This document shows positions 54,737 to 64,000 of a DNA stretch of 64,000 nucleotides, in pieces. The translations under genes and the position numbers were made by a program. The stretch comes from an uncultured Candidatus Saccharibacteria bacterium (GTDB lineage: Bacteria; Patescibacteriota; UBA1384; CAILIB01; JAUSJZ01), in NCBI GenBank assembly GCA_964421635.1, contig CAYQWZ010000003.1, forward strand, positions 65,712 to 129,711. Reading direction: 5' to 3'. How positions within the stretch are numbered: position 1 is the stretch's first letter; the number at the start of each line of letters is the position of its first letter. The notes beneath the pieces were generated by a model that had not been told where the DNA came from, ran no database searches, and worked only from the letters and a program-made list of their open reading frames with translations.

Positions 54737-56197
54737 TTGCTGTACAATAGTAGTATGGCAAATGGCTCTTGGAGTAATAATCTGGCTCAATCTGGAGCAC
54801 CAGAAGTGGCATCAGACTTTAAAGGAGTAAAAATCCCTCCCCAAAATACTGACGCAGAAGTTTCTGTTTTGGGCTCTCTTTTAATAGATCAAAACGCCAT
54901 CGTCAAAGTAGCTGACATTTTAACGGCGGAAGATTTTTACGATCGCCGCCACCAAATTATTTATGAAGCCCTACTGGTTTTATTTGGCAAACGCCAACCC
55001 CTCGACATCCTTACCCTAAAATCACGCTTGGAAGACACAGCCAAACTGGAGGATTCAGGCGGCGCTAGCTACATTGCAACTTTGGTCAATTCGGTGGCCA
55101 CTGCTACGCACATTGTCGATCACGCCAACATTGTGCGCGAAAAATCGGTGTTGCGACGGCTAATTTCGGCGGCTAATGAAATCCATCAGTTAGGATTCAA
55201 AGAAGGAGATGATGTTGATGTAATACTTGACCAGGCTGAACAAAAACTTTTTGCTGTTTCGCAACAATTTTTGAAGCAGAATTTCGTCGGCGTGCGTTCC
55301 GTTTTGACGCAAACTTTTGAACGCATTAACGAACTGACAGAACACAAGGGTACTCTGCGGGGTATTCCAACCGGTTTTAGAGGGCTGAATAATCTGCTTG
55401 CCGGATGGCAAAGATCCGACTTAATAATCTTGGCGGCCAGACCGAGCATCGGAAAAACTTCGCTAGCGCTTAACTTTGTGCAAAGCGCCGCCATAGAATC
55501 TAAAAAATCCGTCGGGGTGTTCTCTTTGGAGATGAGCGCCGACCAACTAACTGATAGATTGTTATGTGCTTTGGGCGGCATAGATTCATGGCGCTTGCGA
55601 ACCGGGAACTTGCGTGACAACGATTTTAATAATCTACATGAAGCTATGGGCAAACTAGCTGAAGCCAACATCTATATCGACGATTCACCGTTTATCAATG
55701 TTATGGAGATGAGAGCCCGAGCCAGAAGACTACAAATGGAGCACGAATTAGATTTATTAGTGATAGATTATTTGCAGCTAATGGGCGGCTCAGATAAATT
55801 TCAAGGGTCTGACAACCGAGTACAAGAGGTCAGCTATATTTCAAGATCACTAAAAGCCCTAGCTCGCGAATTAAATATTCCAATAATTGCGTTATCACAG
55901 TTATCTCGCGCAGTAGAAAGTCGTTCACCCAAAATCCCAATCCTAGCCGATTTGCGTGAATCAGGTTCTATTGAGCAGGATGCAGATGTGGTGATGTTTA
56001 TTTACAGGGAAGATGTTTATGATAAAGATACAGACCGAAAGAATATTGCCGAAATTCATATCGCCAAGCATAGAAACGGTCCAACAGGTAGAATTGATCT
56101 GTTCTTCAAAAATGATCAAACTAGGTTCCTAGATATAGACACCACGAGGCTCGAGGGAAGTGAGCAGGAAGCTCCACCATCTGAAACATCACAATAA
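54737..56197 (+). CDS. dnaB: Replicative DNA helicase DnaB.
   Basis: DnaB N-terminal domain and RecA-like core with Walker A (ARPSIGKTSLAL) and Walker B (LLVIDYLQLM). Confidence 0.9.
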   Translation: MLYNSSMANGSWSNNLAQSGAPEVASDFKGVKIPPQNTDAEVSVLGSLLIDQNAIVKVADILTAEDFYDRRHQIIYEALLVLFGKRQPLDILTLKSRLEDTAKLEDSGGASYIATLVNSVATATHIVDHANIVREKSVLRRLISAANEIHQLGFKEGDDVDVILDQAEQKLFAVSQQFLKQNFVGVRSVLTQTFERINELTEHKGTLRGIPTGFRGLNNLLAGWQRSDLIILAARPSIGKTSLALNFVQSAAIESKKSVGVFSLEMSADQLTDRLLCALGGIDSWRLRTGNLRDNDFNNLHEAMGKLAEANIYIDDSPFINVMEMRARARRLQMEHELDLLVIDYLQLMGGSDKFQGSDNRVQEVSYISRSLKALARELNIPIIALSQLSRAVESRSPKIPILADLRESGSIEQDADVVMFIYREDVYDKDTDRKNIAEIHIAKHRNGPTGRIDLFFKNDQTRFLDIDTTRLEGSEQEAPPSETSQ

Positions 56198-56698
56198 AGC
56201 ATACAACAGCATACGAAGTATGACGAGTGCATAAATTAAATAAAATGGCTTCGTGCTTTGGTAGCCAATTGTCAAATAGGGCACAAGCTTTGCATCTTGA
56301 CTATTAAGACCCCTCGAGGTACAATCGGCTTAACTTGAAAAAGTTGGTAACGCCAGTACAAATAGAGTCAACACGAGGTCCCTAGCGAAAGCTAATTACT
56401 AAATGTTGTCTCTATCTGCGCTCGACATTCGGATGAATCCTATCAATAGATTTATCGGAAGAAAGAGCAAGAATGTGCGTTTATGCTAGTCTCTTGAGCC
56501 AATAGGTTTAAGGGGTTAGATAAGTAAGCGTCCGTTACCTAGAGGCAATCGACTACGCGGGGTTTGTTTAAATCTAGACCCTACAGCGTTATAAAGTCGG
56601 CGGCCTCTTTTTTAATTGACGCAATTTAGCTAAAGTGATACCCTCAAACTGCTGATGTGCGTTACTCACTGCTGGCTGAAAAGACGAAGGAGACGAGG

Positions 56699-57226
56699 AT
56701 GCCAGATTGTGTAATCGTGGAATTCGATAAGGTATTTCTTGGCTTTAAAGCAGAGCCGTGGGATATTGCTGAAGGATTAGCTAAGGTTTGGCACAGTCTT
56801 CCTAAGAATGTAGTTTTCACTACCACCACCAGAGGAGGAATGGTTTTTGACCTCATTGCCTACGAAGCCGATGGCTTGTGGATGTACCACGCAGTACGGA
56901 CCGGTTCAAGAGGTGGATTAAGAGAGGGAGTAATTGTGATAGATCCTGAACAGGAGATTTTGGCTGACCAAGTGTTGATGGCTGGTTTAGCTTTAGCTCC
57001 TGGAATCTTTGGTGATATTCAAGCTTTAAGAAGAGAACATAGGGGCTGCAGAACCAATCATGAAAGATTACAACTGATTTGCCAGTATTTGTATGATATT
57101 CACCGAAGGTTTATGCGTGAGTCTAATAAGCGCATTCGGAGTGTGGTTTTGACCAATGTTGGTTCAATATCGCAATCTATCATTGTGACTAGGTTGCCAG
57201 GAAGTTATGGCACCGGAAAGCCCTAG
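56699..57226 (+). CDS. Hypothetical protein of about 175 aa. Start chosen at MPDCVIVEF, which has an AAGGAG Shine-Dalgarno sequence; the ORF opens at 56657.
   Basis: ORF with a strong RBS. GC about 47%. No motif recognised. Confidence 0.35.
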   Translation: MPDCVIVEFDKVFLGFKAEPWDIAEGLAKVWHSLPKNVVFTTTTRGGMVFDLIAYEADGLWMYHAVRTGSRGGLREGVIVIDPEQEILADQVLMAGLALAPGIFGDIQALRREHRGCRTNHERLQLICQYLYDIHRRFMRESNKRIRSVVLTNVGSISQSIIVTRLPGSYGTGKP

Positions 57227-57355
57227 TCACCAATCCTAAATACTAGGGGGTCGCAAGGCGGCCTCTTTTTTATTTTTCTTGACAAAATGTAAAGCAGGCT
57301 TTACATTGAGTGATGAAAAAGCTAATATAGATTTGTAAAAAGTAACTGCTAGATT

Positions 57356-59352
<1,997 letters not shown>

Positions 59353-59354
59353 AG

Positions 59355-60122
59355 CTATTCTCGAAGTTTTATAGATTCAACAATTTTATCTAAAATGGCA
59401 GCGTTTTCTTCGTTAATTTCGTCAGCGAAAACTACGAAAGAGTAGGAATTTTCAGTTCCTGTGTCTTTGGTGGTGAATGCTAGGTATAGGTGACTATCTA
59501 TAGATTTGTCAATTGACGGACCGTAGGTGCGAGTAAAGACTTGGTTATCTTTATTTACTAATTCAGTTCTATTATCTGGACTCCAAGATTCAAAACCAGC
59601 TGATAGTAATGGCTGGTAAATTATACCTGAAATTCCGTCTGGTCCTGTTACTATAACCTGAGATTGTTCGTACGATGATTTATCAACAATTTTGTCAAAT
59701 TTTGCTTCCCATTCATCAGAATTAGGATACTCAAAAGTATAAGAAATCGTATCTTTTTCTTCGAAAGTTACATAATCACTATCTGCTTCTTCACTTTCTT
59801 CTGCTGGAGCTGGCTCAGTCTGTTCCTCTGCAACTTCTTCGAGCTCAGCTGGTTCGGGCACATTTGATTCATTATTAGCCAGCATTCTCCAAGCTAAAAC
59901 TGTAATTATTAAAGCCACTACTAAAAACAAAGCTCCCCACATTACCCAAGCCCAACTATCACGAGCCGGTTTATCGACAGGCACAGTGTTGGTATTAGAA
60001 AGTGGGGTAGAATTATCTACTGGAGGTTCAACTGTTTTTGGCTCAGCTGGACTAGATGCAGGCATCGCTTCAGGCGCCGTTGGTTGAGGAATTTTTTCTG
60101 GGCTTGGTGGTTCGTTTTCCAT
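59355..60122 (-). CDS. Membrane-anchored hypothetical protein. It has a Pro-rich N-terminus, a single TM, and an acidic extracellular domain.
   Basis: ORF. TM at WAWVMWGALFLVVALIITVLAW. Confidence 0.35.
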   Translation of the reverse strand: MENEPPSPEKIPQPTAPEAMPASSPAEPKTVEPPVDNSTPLSNTNTVPVDKPARDSWAWVMWGALFLVVALIITVLAWRMLANNESNVPEPAELEEVAEEQTEPAPAEESEEADSDYVTFEEKDTISYTFEYPNSDEWEAKFDKIVDKSSYEQSQVIVTGPDGISGIIYQPLLSAGFESWSPDNRTELVNKDNQVFTRTYGPSIDKSIDSHLYLAFTTKDTGTENSYSFVVFADEINEENAAILDKIVESIKLRE

Positions 60123-60146
60123 AGGGTCAATTATTTAGTAACTTAA

Positions 60147-60449
60147 TTATTTAATTACTTGACTGGCATCTTGTAAAGATTTCAATGCTCCATTTGACAG
60201 ATCTCCTAAAATTGGAATATAGCCTAAGTAGTGAAACAGCAATAAAACTAGGGCTACACCGAAGGTGGAGCCTAGAGCTATAAATAATCCGTTCATAAAA
60301 CTAAAAATAAAAAATTTCAACGGATGGGCATAAATAGACCACCGTTGTTTAATTTCAATGCGCTCAACTGTACGAGCTAATTTATTTGTTTCGGAGCTTA
60401 ACTTACGCAAAGCTGCTCGCAAATCTTGCCCCTCTTTTGCATTAAACAT
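60147..60449 (-). CDS. Small membrane protein, hypothetical. Start trimmed to the internal Met to avoid overlap.
   Basis: ORF with one or two TM helices. Confidence 0.3.
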   Translation of the reverse strand: MFNAKEGQDLRAALRKLSSETNKLARTVERIEIKQRWSIYAHPLKFFIFSFMNGLFIALGSTFGVALVLLLFHYLGYIPILGDLSNGALKSLQDASQVIK

Positions 60450-60481
60450 TCTATAATTATTATATACCAGATAAAGAGTTC

Positions 60482-61000
60482 TCAATTTACTGGGTTGGTT
60501 GCAGCACCGATATCCGCTTGCCACTTAAATTTCGGATTAATAACATCTTCAATGAAAATTACTTCTGTATCGGTAATCTGTTTGATTTGATTTTTTGCGA
60601 GTAATCTTTCCCCACTTTCTGTCTCAACTACTACTTGCCAAATATCTCCAATAGGCCAGACAATATTTAAATCGGTCACGGTACCAAAAGGCTGTCCGCT
60701 TTCAACAACTGCTGGCAAACCAATTATGTGAGCATCAGCTTTTAAGGCTCTATCTGCTAAAGAGTTAACCGGAATTTCAGTCAAGCTAGAAATATTGTCT
60801 ATAAGTACTGCCTGTTTAGAAATTTCTACAATGTGATCTATTTTTACTAAATGAAAATGATTTGGCAAATTATATTTTTCCACAATCACAGCCATTAGTG
60901 TCCCTTTGGATTTATCAAAGACAACCAAATACACTAATCCGGCGTTCTTTTGCCCTACCAAACAATTTAATGTTTGAATTTCCTTAATCGATAAAGTCAC
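60482..61000 (-). CDS. PRC-barrel-like domain protein (tandem), hypothetical.
   Basis: Two segments resembling PRC barrel (GLPAVVESGQPFGTVTDL...). Confidence 0.35.
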   Translation of the reverse strand: MTLSIKEIQTLNCLVGQKNAGLVYLVVFDKSKGTLMAVIVEKYNLPNHFHLVKIDHIVEISKQAVLIDNISSLTEIPVNSLADRALKADAHIIGLPAVVESGQPFGTVTDLNIVWPIGDIWQVVVETESGERLLAKNQIKQITDTEVIFIEDVINPKFKWQADIGAATNPVN

Positions 61001-61001
61001 A

Positions 61002-61568
61002 CTATTTTGTTACTCGCTCTACATAACTTCCGTCAGTTGTATTCACTTTTATAATATCATTCTCTTTTATGAACATAGGTACTGTAACAGAGGTGCCCGT
61101 TTCAATTTGCACCATCTTATTGCCACCCGAAACGGTATTCCCTTTAACATTAGGTGGCGCGTCAACTACTTTGTAATCAACTTTAATTGGTAGTTCAATG
61201 GCTACTGCTTCTTCGCCAATTAACAACACATTAACAATTAATCCTTCTTTGAGAAATTTCTGTTGAGTTGATAGTGACTCGCTGTCGATTTCAAACTGTT
61301 CAAAAGATTCAGAATCCATAAATAAAGATTTGTTCTGATTTTGGTCAGAATACAAGAAGGATGCGCGGGTGCGATTTAAATCGGCCCAGTCGAGATTGTC
61401 TGATGGTTTAATGGTGCGATCAATTACCGCCTTAGTTTTTAAATTCTTTAATTTAGCTTTCAGTAAAGCTCCGCCTCGTCCAATTTTTTGGTGCTGGGCT
61501 TTTATTACTAAAAAAGTTTGATTATCAAGCTCAATGGCTGAGCCGTCTTTAATTTTTGCTAAATCCAT
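61002..61568 (-). CDS. efp: Elongation factor P (Arg at the loop-tip modification position).
   Basis: KIGRGGALLKAKLKNLKT corresponds to the KPGKGQAF loop, and the protein has a three-domain length. Confidence 0.85.
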   Translation of the reverse strand: MDLAKIKDGSAIELDNQTFLVIKAQHQKIGRGGALLKAKLKNLKTKAVIDRTIKPSDNLDWADLNRTRASFLYSDQNQNKSLFMDSESFEQFEIDSESLSTQQKFLKEGLIVNVLLIGEEAVAIELPIKVDYKVVDAPPNVKGNTVSGGNKMVQIETGTSVTVPMFIKENDIIKVNTTDGSYVERVTK

Positions 61569-61570
61569 AA

Positions 61571-61774
61571 TTATCTAGTGAATGGCAGTAAGGCCAAATG
61601 TCGAGATTTTTTAATGGCTTGTGCCAAGCGGCGTTGCTGGGCGGCGGTTAAACCAGTGTAGCGGCGAGATTTTATGCGACCAGCGGAAGTCAAAAAACGC
61701 TTTAACAAAGCTACATCTTTATGATCTATTTCGATGTTTTGGTGTGTGCCCAATGGGTTATTCTTTCTTTTCAT
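61571..61774 (-). CDS. rpsR: 30S ribosomal protein S18.
   Basis: [43 protein letters not shown]. Confidence 0.85.
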   Translation of the reverse strand: MKRKNNPLGTHQNIEIDHKDVALLKRFLTSAGRIKSRRYTGLTAAQQRRLAQAIKKSRHLALLPFTR

Positions 61775-61782
61775 AATATTAA

Positions 61783-62328
61783 TTAAAACGGAATGTCTTC
61801 TATATCTATTTCGTCGTCATTACTGTCTGCGGCTGGAGTAGCTGGTTCAGCTGAAGTGGCAGGAGTTGAATCAGCTGGAGCAGAGGCGGCAGAAGGAGCA
61901 GGAGTTGGGGAGTCAACAGGAGTAGGATTAGTTGGTACAGTCGGAGCAGAAGCTACAGCTGGGCCGGAATTTGCTTCAAAAGAAGCGCGCATTACTTGGT
62001 CAGGACCCAAAATTGTATCAGCTACAATCTCTGTCTTGTTGCGTCGGTTGCCATCTTTTCCTTCCCAAGTTTGTGTTTGGGTGCGACCAGCAACATAAAC
62101 TCGCTCTCCTTTTTTCAGTGTTTTATTAACTGCTTCTGCTAGCTTGGCCCAAACTACAATTTCATGAAATTCCGGATCAGCTTCAACCCAATTTCCCGTC
62201 TGATCTTGCCAGCGGCGGTTGGTGGCAACGGCGAAAGAGGCGACTGCTTGGCCGTTTGGCGTATATCTAAGCTCAGGGTCGCGAGTTAGATTGCCGATAA
62301 CTTCAATTCTATTTAAGTTAAGTGCCAT
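61783..62328 (-). CDS. ssb: Single-stranded DNA-binding protein.
   Basis: OB fold ([25 protein letters not shown]) and an acidic C-terminal tip ([11 protein letters not shown]). Confidence 0.9.
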   Translation of the reverse strand: MALNLNRIEVIGNLTRDPELRYTPNGQAVASFAVATNRRWQDQTGNWVEADPEFHEIVVWAKLAEAVNKTLKKGERVYVAGRTQTQTWEGKDGNRRNKTEIVADTILGPDQVMRASFEANSGPAVASAPTVPTNPTPVDSPTPAPSAASAPADSTPATSAEPATPAADSNDDEIDIEDIPF

Positions 62329-62330
62329 AA

Positions 62331-62867
62331 TTATATGCTACTTTTTTTCTTATTATCCTTTAATTTACTTTCATCTTCATTATCAGTAAGGATTCCTTCC
62401 AAAGCAGCATCAACCTGAGATTTTCGCTCAGATTCATCTTCAACTGCTTTTTTAGGTTTAACAGATTTCTTCTGGCTAGTTTTAGTAGCTTCTCTTTTGG
62501 AGCTGCCGCGACGCAGCGACTCTTCAGCTGAGCGCGAACCGTCATCTTTCTTCTTCTCAACCTCTACCAAAGCGACAGAGTTTTCGTATCCGCGCGTCAA
62601 CAGAAAACGAAGCACACCTTTATTTAGGCGTAGTGCTTTTTCAATGCTGGCATTGGTTGAACCGTCAGATTCAAATTCCAAAGTGGTGTAAAAACCAAAC
62701 TTTTCTTTATTAATAGGATAGGCCAACATGCGCTTACCCCATTTATTCTCACTCAAAAGTTTATCTGAGTGTTTTTCGACCAAATCAATAATCTGATCGT
62801 TCGTATTGGTGACATCCTTCTCGCTCATGCTTCCAGGAGCGACAAAGGTTAATTCAAATTTACTCAT
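62331..62867 (-). CDS. rpsF: 30S ribosomal protein S6 with a charged C-terminal extension.
   Basis: FELTFVAP...GKRMLAYPINK (the S6 RQLAYPINK signature). Operon with ssb and rpsR. Confidence 0.8.
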   Translation of the reverse strand: MSKFELTFVAPGSMSEKDVTNTNDQIIDLVEKHSDKLLSENKWGKRMLAYPINKEKFGFYTTLEFESDGSTNASIEKALRLNKGVLRFLLTRGYENSVALVEVEKKKDDGSRSAEESLRRGSSKREATKTSQKKSVKPKKAVEDESERKSQVDAALEGILTDNEDESKLKDNKKKSSI

Positions 62868-63025
62868 ACCTTTTTATGGACTCTTGTCTTAAATCTATCA
62901 TAAAAGATTTAAGAAAAAAGGTTAATTTGTTACTTCTATATTGTAATAGTCACTCTACCAGATAGGGCGAGGTTTTGCAAGCATTGACCGCGAAGTTATT
63001 AGCTGCTATAATCGTTTAATTTAAT

Positions 63026-63187
63026 GAAACAGGAAAATATCGACAATCAAGCACCAATCTCTATTTCTCATCTTCAGCGTGAAGCTAAAAAGAGAGCCGA
63101 CTATATTCAACGAATCAAGGCCTATCTGACTAGTGATGGACGCGGAGTGAAAGCACCAAAAAGATTAGAACCAAATATCGCTTAAAT
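63026..63187 (+). CDS. Small hypothetical protein (53 aa) downstream of a TTGACC-17-TATAAT promoter.
   Basis: ORF MKQENIDNQAPISISHLQREAKKRADYIQRIKAYLTSDGRGVKAPKRLEPNIA. Promoter at 62959..62987. Confidence 0.3.
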
Positions 63188-63425
63188 GATTCATTTAGAT
63201 ATAATTACAATTTATTCACCAGAGGAGGGAATTCGATGTGAAGGAGGATTACGCATTTTTGAAACTCGTCAGGTTGGCAAAAGATATATGCGCATTAAAG
63301 ATGATCGTTCACCTGGTGAAGAGATGCTGATTCCACTTGAGAGTTTAGATGAAGTTTGGAATGAGATGGATAATGAAGCAGAAATTCCACAATTGGGTGG
63401 TCAAAAATTATTAAATCCTTTTTAA
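63186..63425 (+). CDS. Small hypothetical protein (79 aa).
   Basis: ORF, translationally coupled to neighbours. Confidence 0.3.
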   Translation: MIHLDIITIYSPEEGIRCEGGLRIFETRQVGKRYMRIKDDRSPGEEMLIPLESLDEVWNEMDNEAEIPQLGGQKLLNPF

Positions 63426-63674
63426 ATGAACGAAAATATTGAGCCAAAACCAGAATATCTTTTAGCTTCTAATGAGCCGCTGCCAGATGTTGGTCGAGAT
63501 GTAATCAATGTGCGAACAGAATTAGAGGTTCAAGAGCAGCTCGATAGATTAGCTGACAGAAAGCCAGAAGAGGGAGGGGCACGAATTATTATCAAAAAAG
63601 AATATCCTATTGGAAGTCCCGAATGGCAAGCTGAAATTGATCGAGTGCGTGCTATTATTGAGCTAGAAGACTAA
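63426..63674 (+). CDS. Small hypothetical protein (82 aa).
   Basis: ORF, translationally coupled. Confidence 0.3.
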   Translation: MNENIEPKPEYLLASNEPLPDVGRDVINVRTELEVQEQLDRLADRKPEEGGARIIIKKEYPIGSPEWQAEIDRVRAIIELED

Positions 63675-64000
63675 TTTAAAATTGATTCTAAATTTAGTCT
63701 TGAATAAGTAAAATTTTGTTATGAGTCCTAATGAAACTTTAGGTGGGGCCGAAGGAGCCCCTGAAATGGAGCTTGATGAGCGATTAAAGCGGGAGTTACA
63801 AAGACGAATAGAAATGTTAGAGCATACTCGAGGTCCAAAGTTAGAAGGAGTGGCAGATATTCTGGTACCGATATCAGTACCACGAGATATACAGTTTGAA
63901 GTTCATCTTTCTGCTGAGCTTATCAAAGATTTAAAAACAGCAATGTCGAATGTGCAAAACAATGATCAGTTGGCAGTTATAGAGAGCGCCATTGAGGTGG

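Noticed and set aside
56198-56650. Possible RNase P RNA, tmRNA or SRP RNA in the dnaB-downstream noncoding region
   Set aside because: Short stretches resemble RNase P J15/16 and the P4 3-prime strand. The universally conserved GGAAAGUCC strand, the tmRNA tRNA-like ends (GGGG...UCCACCA) and SRP domain IV (GGUCC-GGAA-GGAAGCAGC) are all absent.

Overview
This is an AT-rich (about 38-40% GC), gene-dense bacterial window whose content resembles a reduced-genome CPR/Patescibacteria-like organism. Most of it is housekeeping or accessory functions I can name from motifs. These include dnaE, dnaX, dnaB, ssb, groES/groEL, rpmA, rplS, rpsF, rpsR, efp, gltX, ndk, nfo, dus, cdd and tdk. They also include a pnuC-nadR NAD salvage operon with an NrtR-like regulator, a type IV pilus assembly cluster (pilB, pilC, pilM, pilN, pilO), a polysaccharide module (GT2 plus ABC-2 exporter), three membrane sensor kinases and three REC-only response regulators. 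Several things stand out. (1) A lipoprotein lipase gene has a low-GC N-terminal catalytic half and a high-GC (about 58%) C-terminal LGFP-repeat half. An OMP-like beta-barrel gene sits in a second high-GC island (about 60%). Both look foreign, possibly from actinobacterial/mycolata donors. (2) PilB carries an N-terminal HU/IHF-fold domain. (3) A roughly 1 kb module is tandemly duplicated: a GNAT acetyltransferase, a conserved strongly basic protein of about 50 aa missed by the ORF track, and a near-identical tRNA-Gln(CUG) with its upstream region. (4) A roughly 170 nt transcript with a consensus promoter and intrinsic terminator is a candidate sRNA. (5) A divergent cluster of a Rossmann oxidoreductase, an adenylate-forming ligase and a ThiF/E1-like protein sits between three sensor kinases. 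(6) AGTGTA/TACACT palindromes suggest an NrtR regulon. (7) A very AT-rich island encodes four small membrane proteins behind a duplicated promoter element. (8) A hypothetical gene between dnaB and groES is flanked by duplicated GGCGGCCTCTTTTTT-TTGAC signals. No CRISPR array, rRNA or obvious transposase is present.
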